A stretch of 64,000 nt of DNA from a virus (taxonomy: Duplodnaviria > Caudoviricetes), in IMG/VR virus record IMGVR_UViG_3300031784_000006, one strand, 5' to 3'. The position numbers and the translations under genes were made by a program. Shown here in pieces: positions 39,039 through 45,879 of the stretch (positions within the stretch are counted from its first letter, which is position 1; the number at the start of each line of letters is the position of its first letter). The notes beneath the pieces were generated by a model that worked only from the letters and a program-made list of their open reading frames with translations, searched no databases and had not been told where the DNA came from.

Positions 39039-39047
39039 TATGTGTAT

Positions 39048-39284
39048 TCAATCAAGTGCTAATCGGTAACGAGCATAATCCTCTGCATCGCTACGTTTGC
39101 GGAATCGTGCTTCTTCACCTTCAAATCGTAGAGGCAAATACCTATACTTCTTGCCTTCCTTCGTCATAACAATTCGGGAGAATAGGTGCAGTGAGTAACT
39201 ACCATCCTCACTTCTTTCCTTCTCTTTCTTTACAATGAAGGGGAGAACTTGTTGATCGTTGAATGATGCTTTGGAGAGTAACAT
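39048..39284 (-). CDS. Hypothetical protein
   Basis: ORF track; followed by the terminator. Confidence 0.75.
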   Translation of the reverse strand: MLLSKASFNDQQVLPFIVKKEKERSEDGSYSLHLFSRIVMTKEGKKYRYLPLRFEGEEARFRKRSDAEDYARYRLALD

Positions 39285-39315
39285 TTTGGAAAAAAGTATA
39301 ATGAACTGGAGTGAA

Positions 39316-39453
39316 TCAGTATGTCATAATGGTTGCAATCGTTCCTGCTCGTGTATAGAAATCAACCATTCTTTCTGCTTCATTGTAGGTACTGAAACCT
39401 TGAAACTTCCATCCTTGAGAGTAAGGACAAAACCAGCGAATCGTTGTTCTCAT
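39316..39453 (-). CDS. 45-aa protein, paralogue of 39450..39584
   Basis: Hand-translated MRTTIRWFCPYSQGWKFQGFSTYNEAERMVDFYTRAGTIATIMTY. Confidence 0.75.
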   Translation of the reverse strand: MRTTIRWFCPYSQGWKFQGFSTYNEAERMVDFYTRAGTIATIMTY

Positions 39454-39584
39454 TGTGTTACTAATTCAGCAGGACTACCACACGATTTATAGAACTCTAT
39501 CATGCGTTGTGCTTCATCAAGTGTAGAGAATGATTGCGTTCTCCATTGTTGTTGATAAGGCGTAAAGTAGCGAATGGTGAACAT
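39450..39584 (-). CDS. 44-aa protein, paralogue of 39316..39453
   Basis: Hand-translated MFTIRYFTPYQQQWRTQSFSTLDEAQRMIEFYKSCGSPAELVTQ. Confidence 0.75.
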   Translation of the reverse strand: MFTIRYFTPYQQQWRTQSFSTLDEAQRMIEFYKSCGSPAELVTQ

Positions 39585-39856
39585 CAGAACTTATCCATCC
39601 ATTGTTGAATCTTTTGCAGTGCAGTTGGCTCATCATTGCACTTACACTTGCGGAACTTGGTTGTATTCAAACCTTTTGAAATCAGTTCCAGTTTGCCATC
39701 AGCAAGACAGAAGATTCCATATCGTGAGTTATGGAAAATGTTGTTAATCCAGGAATCTTGAGTATCAGCACTGACCTTAAAAAAGATCGAAGTGTGATTA
39801 GCAAGAGTGCTATTGTCGATGTGGAGATAAGGGAAAGACATTTGGGAAGTGCTCAT
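39584..39856 (-). CDS. Hypothetical early protein
   Basis: ORF track; first ATG lies inside repeat copy 2. Confidence 0.75.
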   Translation of the reverse strand: MSTSQMSFPYLHIDNSTLANHTSIFFKVSADTQDSWINNIFHNSRYGIFCLADGKLELISKGLNTTKFRKCKCNDEPTALQKIQQWMDKF

Positions 39857-39885
39857 ACTACTAGGACAATCTCAGGGGCCCAGTA
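39855..39885 (-). repeat. 31-bp repeat, copy 2
   Basis: atactactaggacaatctcaggggcccagta. Confidence 0.95.
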
Positions 39886-39894
39886 TTTGTTAGG

Positions 39895-40068
39895 TCAGTC
39901 GTTTGAAGTGTGAAGAATGGAGATCATCTTTTGGTAATAGTTGTCTGCTTCTACCTCACATTGATGAGATTCGTTTGCATCTTCAATCTCATATTGTTTC
40001 ATATTAAGACGATGAATAACGCTTTCTAGAAGATCAGTCAGTGCTTCAATCTTTTGTGCTTCAGTCAT
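39895..40068 (-). CDS. 57-aa hypothetical protein
   Basis: Hand-translated MTEAQKIEALTDLLESVIHRLNMKQYEIEDANESHQCEVEADNYYQKMISILHTSND. Confidence 0.7.
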   Translation of the reverse strand: MTEAQKIEALTDLLESVIHRLNMKQYEIEDANESHQCEVEADNYYQKMISILHTSND

Positions 40069-40385
40069 TAGTTAAGCACCATACCTTCAGTGAAAGGAAC
40101 TGTGTTGCCATTATCAATCACAAACCATTCAAAGTCACGTTGAAAGATACGGGCATCATTTCCGTGAACTTTCAGAATAGCATTGAGACGTGATTTGGTG
40201 GTAACAGTCTTATACCCACAGGTGTAAAGTTCAAGGAAGGTATCACCAATCGTTGCGATATGATTGCCATGAAGCATAACATATGAAGCATCACGTTCGG
40301 GCGAATAAGTTACCTCAGTGTTGTCATTTTTCCAGTCTTTGCAATCACAGATTGCTTTGTTCATTTGGAGTTCAATCTTACGCAT
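40068..40385 (-). CDS. Hypothetical early protein
   Basis: ORF track; VMLHGNHIA and TTKSRLNAIL motifs. Confidence 0.8.
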   Translation of the reverse strand: MRKIELQMNKAICDCKDWKNDNTEVTYSPERDASYVMLHGNHIATIGDTFLELYTCGYKTVTTKSRLNAILKVHGNDARIFQRDFEWFVIDNGNTVPFTEGMVLN

Positions 40386-40404
40386 GGTTGGAAGTTCAGT
40401 GGTT

Positions 40405-40435
40405 ATACTACAGGGACAATCTCAGGGGCCCAGTT
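40405..40435 (-). repeat. 31-bp repeat, copy 3
   Basis: atactacagggacaatctcaggggcccagtt. Confidence 0.95.
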
Positions 40436-40439
40436 TCTA

Positions 40440-40640
40440 TCAGGCAGCGATTGCAGACTCCAGACATACCTCACGGGTTTCGAGAAGTACATAATCGAAC
40501 TCAGATTCTAACTGCTTCAGGTAAGCATCTGCAGCGGAGAAGCAATCAAACAAGCGGAGAGATTTGAAGTCTTCACCTTCATAATCAATGCCACCAATTA
40601 CAGCATAAACTTTAGACATTTGGAAAGCGTTGGTGTTCAT
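40440..40640 (-). CDS. Hypothetical early protein (single-gene cassette)
   Basis: ORF track; bounded by repeats 3 and 4. Confidence 0.75.
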   Translation of the reverse strand: MNTNAFQMSKVYAVIGGIDYEGEDFKSLRLFDCFSAADAYLKQLESEFDYVLLETREVCLESAIAA

Positions 40641-40669
40641 ACTATAGGGACAATCTCAGGGGCCCAGTT
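40639..40669 (-). repeat. 31-bp repeat, copy 4
   Basis: atactatagggacaatctcaggggcccagtt. Confidence 0.95.
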
Positions 40670-40685
40670 TTTATCAACTTTTGAT

Positions 40686-40811
40686 TTATTCTTCAGATAT
40701 ATGACAAAACTCCATCAAATAGTAATCAATACTGATGCCAAGTTCGATTGCTTCGTCTTTGATTTCCTCGTAAATGTTTTCAGGAATTGTATGATATTCA
40801 GTCTCAATCAT
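40686..40811 (-). CDS. 41-aa acidic protein (MIETEYHTIP...)
   Basis: C-terminal part of ORF-track 40686..40937; the upstream part overlaps another ORF. Confidence 0.6.
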   Translation of the reverse strand: MIETEYHTIPENIYEEIKDEAIELGISIDYYLMEFCHISEE

Positions 40812-40953
40812 GGTCAATTTCTCCTCCTTTGATTTCAACATTTTCAAGAATAGTGACGATAGAATTGTTTGGGGTAAGATACTGAACTTGTAAAACATTC
40901 GGTGCAATTTCAGTCGCTCCGATAATGGTTGATGCAATCAGAAGTTCAATCAT
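40804..40953 (-). CDS. 49-aa hypothetical protein
   Basis: Hand-translated MIELLIASTIIGATEIAPNVLQVQYLTPNNSIVTILENVEIKGGEIDHD. Confidence 0.6.
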   Translation of the reverse strand: MIELLIASTIIGATEIAPNVLQVQYLTPNNSIVTILENVEIKGGEIDHD

Positions 40954-41056
40954 TGTGGCGAAATAATGTCTGCTACAGTGTGCAATGCGCTTGCAGTAGT
41001 GTTGCGAACTCCAGGTGATAAAATACTCGCAACGATGAAGATTAACAGAATTGTCT

Positions 41057-41254
41057 TCAATTTACTACGTCGTAGCGAAGTGATTTTATGCACCATCCTG
41101 TATTGTTTGTGATAACATCTGCAAGACAATCCTCACCATCAGGTGAATCCCACAGACAATTCTTTGCATCATTTACAATCTCATCTTTCTCTTCTTCAGT
41201 GAGATCTTCGTAGTCAAAATCAAACTCAATTTCAGTTACTTTGTAGAAGTTCAT
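41057..41254 (-). CDS. Acidic hypothetical early protein
   Basis: ORF track; downstream of repeat 5. Confidence 0.75.
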   Translation of the reverse strand: MNFYKVTEIEFDFDYEDLTEEEKDEIVNDAKNCLWDSPDGEDCLADVITNNTGWCIKSLRYDVVN

Positions 41255-41272
41255 TGTGGTTTCTCAGTGCTT

Positions 41273-41303
41273 ATACTACTAGGACAATCTCAGGGGCCCA
41301 GTT
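41273..41303 (-). repeat. 31-bp repeat, copy 5
   Basis: atactactaggacaatctcaggggcccagtt. Confidence 0.95.
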
Positions 41304-41307
41304 TCTA

Positions 41308-41898
41308 TCAGAACAGATTGCGACCAAAAGATCCACACAAATAAAACGCCATTCCCTTATCCTTAAGCGTCACACCTGCAAATGTCAGAGGTACATAGCG
41401 GCCGTTGGTTTTAGATGCTTTCGTGCGAATCTGCAGCAATCCGTTAGGTCCAGTGATGGTTCCTAGTTGTTTACCAGCATCGAAAAGTGTGCGAATGCTG
41501 TTACAAATGAACTCATAATCCTCACGCAATTCTTGATAGTGCTCCGCATGAGTTTCCTCATTCAGAATAGCGGAACCCATATAATCGTTCTCACGAGTGA
41601 ATCCAACATACAGAGTTTGCTTTAGTTTCTGCCCGACTTTGCTATCATCAAACGAGACAGAATCTTCGATGATTTCAGATAGACAATGCTTCAACTGTGT
41701 GGCAGCAATCGACTCTCCAACTGTGAAAGTCTTAATTTCCCCATCTTCCAGATCTTGCAGGTCAGAAGAGTTAGGAACTCCCAGTGCAATTTCTAACAGT
41801 TGCCCACGAGCACCTTTGTTCTTTCCTGGTTTATCAAATGCACTGAAGTCAGTAACATTCAGTTTCGCAAATACTTCGTTCGTTGTCAGTTTTGGCAT
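41308..41898 (-). CDS. MutH/Sau3AI-family PD-(D/E)XK endonuclease
   Basis: NKGARGQLLEIALG, D..DGEIKT catalytic segment, LLQIRTKAS and AFYL parallel MutH (KGWIG.LLE..LG, ELKT, LQIRPKA, GFYL). Confidence 0.75.
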   Translation of the reverse strand: MPKLTTNEVFAKLNVTDFSAFDKPGKNKGARGQLLEIALGVPNSSDLQDLEDGEIKTFTVGESIAATQLKHCLSEIIEDSVSFDDSKVGQKLKQTLYVGFTRENDYMGSAILNEETHAEHYQELREDYEFICNSIRTLFDAGKQLGTITGPNGLLQIRTKASKTNGRYVPLTFAGVTLKDKGMAFYLCGSFGRNLF

Positions 41899-41913
41899 CG
41901 TGGTTGTGCTCTT

Positions 41914-41944
41914 ATACTACAAGGACAATCTCAGGGGCCCAGTT
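41914..41944 (-). repeat. 31-bp repeat, copy 6
   Basis: atactacaaggacaatctcaggggcccagtt. Confidence 0.95.
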
Positions 41945-41945
41945 T

Positions 41946-42185
41946 CTATTGCCCAACAAGATCGTTTGCAACTTCATCATCATAGATTTCGCGGATTTCT
42001 TCAATCAACTCATCTACAGTTTCAAACTGTTTCGTGAGGTTATCAATGAGAGTATCAAGTGCAAACTGTTCGAGAGATTTGTAATCCATACCATCCAAAA
42101 TCATCTGAGCATAGTTCTCAACAACAGTGCTAAAATCAGGAGTCATTTCAGTCATTTTGTTTGTGGGATTAGGAAGGGAAATCAT
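41946..42185 (-). CDS. Acidic hypothetical protein
   Basis: ORF track; stop abuts repeat 6. Confidence 0.7.
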   Translation of the reverse strand: MISLPNPTNKMTEMTPDFSTVVENYAQMILDGMDYKSLEQFALDTLIDNLTKQFETVDELIEEIREIYDDEVANDLVGQ

Positions 42186-42409
42186 TGAATAACAGTGTTC
42201 ACATCAGGATTGAAAGTAACCTCATGGAGCACATCAAAATCATCACTCATCTTGACATAATTCCAGAGAGTGTCAGTCTCATCATCCACATTTTCCTGAT
42301 AAAGGTGAATGAAACCGTCATCATCTTGTTTTACATAACAACCATCATAATTTTCATCATCAAATACATAACCAGATGCAATCAGTGCGTCAGTAAAAGT
42401 CATAATCAA
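42182..42409 (-). CDS. Acidic hypothetical protein
   Basis: ORF track; coupled to neighbours. Confidence 0.7.
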   Translation of the reverse strand: MIMTFTDALIASGYVFDDENYDGCYVKQDDDGFIHLYQENVDDETDTLWNYVKMSDDFDVLHEVTFNPDVNTVIQ

Positions 42410-42579
42410 TCAACAACAGAGTAACAGGCAACCCAGGAAGGAATACCCGAAAGTGCTAAAGAACCGTTGCGGTCGTCGCAATACTCTTGGGCATCATCTT
42501 CACTGTAGAAAGGTCCAACATACTCAGGAGAATTGAGTGCATTGGAATCGAATCGAACTGTGAAAGTGGTTTGTGTCAT
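42406..42579 (-). CDS. 57-aa hypothetical protein
   Basis: Hand-translated MTQTTFTVRFDSNALNSPEYVGPFYSEDDAQEYCDDRNGSLALSGIPSWVACYSVVD; the only ATG is inside repeat 7. Confidence 0.7.
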   Translation of the reverse strand: MTQTTFTVRFDSNALNSPEYVGPFYSEDDAQEYCDDRNGSLALSGIPSWVACYSVVD

Positions 42580-42608
42580 ACTACAGGGACAATCTCAGGG
42601 GCCCAGTT
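42578..42608 (-). repeat. 31-bp repeat, copy 7
   Basis: atactacagggacaatctcaggggcccagtt. Confidence 0.95.
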
Positions 42609-42782
42609 TCAATAACCGTTCAGAAAGTCAGCAAGTGCTTCCTGATACTCAGCTTCAGTCTCAAAGGTACGATAACCAATCGTGCAAGGAAAGGTACGCT
42701 TTGAAGCAGAAGCTTTAGGCAGGTCACGACACTTATCGAGAACCTGTTGCTTGTAAGGATTGGCGTTGTAGTTAGTGTTCAT
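42609..42782 (-). CDS. 57-aa hypothetical protein (single-gene cassette)
   Basis: Hand-translated MNTNYNANPYKQQVLDKCRDLPKASASKRTFPCTIGYRTFETEAEYQEALADFLNGY; spans exactly from repeat 8 to repeat 7. Confidence 0.7.
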   Translation of the reverse strand: MNTNYNANPYKQQVLDKCRDLPKASASKRTFPCTIGYRTFETEAEYQEALADFLNGY

Positions 42783-42811
42783 ACTATAGGGACAATCTCA
42801 AGGGCCCAATT
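42781..42811 (-). repeat. 31-bp repeat, copy 8
   Basis: atactatagggacaatctcaagggcccaatt. Confidence 0.95.
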
Positions 42812-42953
42812 ACTTAAACGTTGCATTGACACCAATCACCTTTGCTGTAGGATTTCGTGCTGTTGCTGTTTCGCGGGCATCTTTTGGGGAGTTAGCATAC
42901 ACTTCCTCTTTGAAGACTTTACCACCAACGTAGAGTTGAACTTCGTATTTCAT
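42810..42953 (-). CDS. 47-aa hypothetical protein
   Basis: Hand-translated MKYEVQLYVGGKVFKEEVYANSPKDARETATARNPTAKVIGVNATFK; stop overlaps repeat 8. Confidence 0.75.
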   Translation of the reverse strand: MKYEVQLYVGGKVFKEEVYANSPKDARETATARNPTAKVIGVNATFK

Positions 42954-43144
42954 AGTGTTTGAAACTCCTGTGCTTCTTTGATGTTAGAATTGAAAAACTT
43001 TTGGAAGATGGAATCAATCACAGGATACCATTCTTCGTTACCACTTGGGTATCCACATTCTCGTGCTTGATTGAGAAACTTTAAGATGCAAGTTTCCTCA
43101 TTAGCAGTGAACTCAACGCGATTGAAAGTGTAACCGTCAGTCAT
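42950..43144 (-). CDS. Hypothetical protein
   Basis: ORF track. Confidence 0.7.
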   Translation of the reverse strand: MTDGYTFNRVEFTANEETCILKFLNQARECGYPSGNEEWYPVIDSIFQKFFNSNIKEAQEFQTL

Positions 43145-43146
43145 AA

Positions 43147-43422
43147 TCAGTTCACCGATTCTTGGTAGATTGACATACCCTTACGCATAGAAATGTAGTC
43201 ATCAATCATCTCACCAATCTGTTCATAAACGTAGGAAGAACCTCCTACATCACAGAGCACATCTTCAGTGAGTTGTTTAGAGAAACGCACTTCCTTATCA
43301 TTAGCATCAAACTCAAAGACATCCTCTTGAGTGTATATAAACGCAGCACAACCTGCGTCTTCACCTTGTTGCTCAATCAGTTGGTTGATTGAATCACGGA
43401 GTTGGGAAAGTGTGCGGAACAT
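43147..43422 (-). CDS. Hypothetical protein (MFRTLSQLRDSIN...)
   Basis: ORF track 43147..43461; start moved to ATG 43422. Confidence 0.7.
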   Translation of the reverse strand: MFRTLSQLRDSINQLIEQQGEDAGCAAFIYTQEDVFEFDANDKEVRFSKQLTEDVLCDVGGSSYVYEQIGEMIDDYISMRKGMSIYQESVN

Positions 43423-43424
43423 AA

Positions 43425-43589
43425 TCAGGAATAAACAGGAATAGAGGTGATTTCTTTCCACTCTCGTGGGAAGATTTCGTTGGCAATTTTTTCGTTCAGT
43501 TTGACACAGTTGAGAGGTTTGATGTTACTTTTGCGTTGGAACTTCTCAACAGTTCCATCTCTAAACTCAACGCGAATGTTGTAAAGCAT
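43425..43589 (-). CDS. Hypothetical protein (MLYNIRVEF...)
   Basis: ORF track 43425..43625; internal start avoids overlap. Confidence 0.65.
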   Translation of the reverse strand: MLYNIRVEFRDGTVEKFQRKSNIKPLNCVKLNEKIANEIFPREWKEITSIPVYS

Positions 43590-43591
43590 AA

Positions 43592-43831
43592 TCAAGCAGG
43601 AAGGATACAGAAAGTGCCACACCAACCGCGAACCCAGTTTAGAGTTTCATGGTAAGATGTGCGAGGATTGCTCATCTCCATCTTGGAACCGTTGCTAGGA
43701 TTGTATGCAACAGCGACATAGAGATTGTCGCACTCTTTATCAGTGATTTGCTCAATCCACATTTGATTGACTTTACCTTCCTTCCAATTTGTGTGGTAGG
43801 AGTAGACTTCGGAAACGATGGTGTTGCTCAT
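43592..43831 (-). CDS. Hypothetical protein
   Basis: ORF track; ATG inside repeat 9. Confidence 0.7.
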   Translation of the reverse strand: MSNTIVSEVYSYHTNWKEGKVNQMWIEQITDKECDNLYVAVAYNPSNGSKMEMSNPRTSYHETLNWVRGWCGTFCILPA

Positions 43832-43860
43832 ACTATAGGGACAATCTCAAGGGCCCAGTT
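43830..43860 (-). repeat. 31-bp repeat, copy 9
   Basis: atactatagggacaatctcaagggcccagtt. Confidence 0.95.
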
Positions 43861-43864
43861 TCAA

Positions 43865-44119
43865 TCACCAGCGGCCTTGTTGAATGAGAATCTTTTTTAT
43901 CTCAGTATAAATGAACTGACGAAGTTTAGCGTCTGTGGTGTTATCAAGAGCATAATACAGTCGATTCAGATACTCATTCTGCGTAAGACCTATGTTACCA
44001 TCACCACCAATCTCATTGAGTGATGAACCTGCTTTAGCTTTGGGGCGTCCAAAGTTACCTGTGACGTTGCCAGATGTCCTCAGTTTGGGACGAATCTTTG
44101 AGAGGTTAGAGTAAGTCAT
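43865..44119 (-). CDS. Hypothetical protein
   Basis: ORF track. Confidence 0.75.
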   Translation of the reverse strand: MTYSNLSKIRPKLRTSGNVTGNFGRPKAKAGSSLNEIGGDGNIGLTQNEYLNRLYYALDNTTDAKLRQFIYTEIKKILIQQGRW

Positions 44120-44325
44120 TCATCTTCCTCATAAGGGAACATTTCGTCATACTCTTCGTCTGTGAGAGTAAGATACTGAACGTTAGCATTTTTGTGCTCT
44201 TCAGCATACACCAACTGATAATGTGCGAAAGAAGAAGGGTCAGAACTAGCAAACTCTAGCAGACCATCAACAAAACAAAGGTAATTCATGTTACTCATTT
44301 TGCGTACAGATAACCACCAGACCAA
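44116..44325 (-). CDS. Acidic hypothetical protein (true start probably MSNMNY)
   Basis: ORF track. Confidence 0.65.
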   Translation of the reverse strand: MVWWLSVRKMSNMNYLCFVDGLLEFASSDPSSFAHYQLVYAEEHKNANVQYLTLTDEEYDEMFPYEEDE

Positions 44326-44726
44326 TCAGCATTTTCCAGCAGATATTCACGATCCTTTATCAATCGCAAATCATAACGAACACCTTTCGCAGGAGATTTC
44401 CAGGAGGCAGACTTATACATTTCACCAGTGTTCTTATCAATGAAGCAATGAACAGAGCGAGACATACCACTGGTAATCATAATCACTTTATGATACTTTT
44501 TACCAGTTTCAATCTCATACTCAATAGGACAAAATCCACTCTTGAGTTCATCAATACAGCGCAGATGATACTCTACACTTTCACCACGCTCCGCAGAACG
44601 CTGATGCCCACGAATAGCGTACTGACGATAATTGTCTTTCAGTGCTTCAATCAGCAGCAGAGTATTCTTAAGGACGCTTTCTGCGATAGTTTGTTGTGCT
44701 TGTGCTTGCATCGTAGGAGTGCTCAT
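44295..44726 (-). CDS. Conserved phage hypothetical protein
   Basis: GKKYHKVI, SVHCFIDKNTGEMYKSASWKSPAKGVRY motif. Confidence 0.8.
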   Translation of the reverse strand: MSTPTMQAQAQQTIAESVLKNTLLLIEALKDNYRQYAIRGHQRSAERGESVEYHLRCIDELKSGFCPIEYEIETGKKYHKVIMITSGMSRSVHCFIDKNTGEMYKSASWKSPAKGVRYDLRLIKDREYLLENADWSGGYLYAK

Positions 44727-44755
44727 ACTATAGGGACAATCTCAAGGGCCCAGTT
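44725..44755 (-). repeat. 31-bp repeat, copy 10
   Basis: atactatagggacaatctcaagggcccagtt. Confidence 0.95.
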
Positions 44756-45671
44756 ACCAACTCTTTGCAAGAGTGAAGTTCAACCTGCTAAACTCTTCAC
44801 GATTCACAATCTTGTAAGACCCAAACTTGTTGTGCATTACGAATCCTTCGTGATCGCTGAGTTCACCATCAATCTCACAAGTAATGTCAGTGTCAGACTC
44901 AATGAAGCAGAACAAATCCATCTTGATAGACTCAACCAACTTCCAAAGCCGCATCAGGTTGATGTCAACATCATAATTTTCTGCAATTTCATGCTCATCC
45001 ACCTCCTTACCCTCACGAACGTAGGAATTGATGATTTTTTTGAGTTCTGCTGCTTGCTTTACATTCACGAACTCACAAAGTGTGCTCATTTGCTTGGCAA
45101 ACTTGCAGAAGTCTTCAATATCATCACGGAAGGGACAAATAGACACACTAGGTTGCACAAACAAGCATTTTTTAGTGCTTGCAAACTTACCCACGATAGG
45201 ATGAGCTACCATCTCAGGCAGACGCTCACCAGTGTAATATGTGTGAGGGGCAATGATAATCTCCTGACGAACAATCTCAGGGAAGCGATAGGTAATTGTA
45301 TTGGGTTTGAATGTATCCAATCCACTACCAAAACCAATCCAATCCCCCTGATACACGTTCTTAGTGCGAGGAAGAAAATCCAGGCAGAAGATAAGAATTT
45401 GCGTTACGCGAGGTTGACCACCAAAGTGCGTAAAGATGTCGTCTTCGGTATAGCAAAGGCGAATCTTTTTCTTGTTAAATGCTGCTTTGGTGCAGACAAA
45501 GAACTTACCATTCTCAGGATTAGTGCCCCAAACAATAGCAGGAGCACCATCCATCTTGGTGCTGATGGTAGAATCTACCTCAGAAAACCAGTCAAGAACA
45601 GATAGATTACCCGTTAGGATTTCGTCTTCAGGATGCTCTAGGTGCTTGTTTTGCATTGGTTGCTTACTCAT
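44754..45671 (-). CDS. Ligase/capping-fold nucleotidyltransferase-like protein (DUF6267-like)
   Basis: KHLEHPED, TKMDGAPAIVWG (KxDG motif I), HEGFVM (motif IV-like), YKIVNRE (motif V-like). ORF-track start 45698 lies within repeat 11. Confidence 0.65.
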   Translation of the reverse strand: MSKQPMQNKHLEHPEDEILTGNLSVLDWFSEVDSTISTKMDGAPAIVWGTNPENGKFFVCTKAAFNKKKIRLCYTEDDIFTHFGGQPRVTQILIFCLDFLPRTKNVYQGDWIGFGSGLDTFKPNTITYRFPEIVRQEIIIAPHTYYTGERLPEMVAHPIVGKFASTKKCLFVQPSVSICPFRDDIEDFCKFAKQMSTLCEFVNVKQAAELKKIINSYVREGKEVDEHEIAENYDVDINLMRLWKLVESIKMDLFCFIESDTDITCEIDGELSDHEGFVMHNKFGSYKIVNREEFSRLNFTLAKSW

Positions 45672-45700
45672 ACTACTAGGACAATCCCAAGGGCCCAATT
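45670..45700 (-). repeat. 31-bp repeat, copy 11
   Basis: atactactaggacaatcccaagggcccaatt. Confidence 0.95.
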
Positions 45701-45879
45701 TAGTCTATTGGTAGTTGTGCCACACTTTTACCCCTCTTATGGTCTGTAATGTATTTTCGCGCAGAAGCTTCTGTTCTACAGACTTTCTCAAGTTGTTGGC
45801 CATTATGAATGATAAGATACTGCTTGCCATAAGGAATAGCAGCATAAGTATCGTTGAACATCGTAAATCCTTCTTTCAT
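45700..45879 (-). CDS. 59-aa hypothetical protein
   Basis: Hand-translated MKEGFTMFNDTYAAIPYGKQYLIIHNGQQLEKVCRTEASARKYITDHKRGKSVAQLPID. Confidence 0.7.
   Translation of the reverse strand: MKEGFTMFNDTYAAIPYGKQYLIIHNGQQLEKVCRTEASARKYITDHKRGKSVAQLPID

Noticed and set aside
44448-45605. 385-aa plus-strand ORF
   Set aside because: It is exactly in register antisense to two real minus-strand genes (all start positions are multiples of 3); explained by codon bias, with no recognisable motifs.
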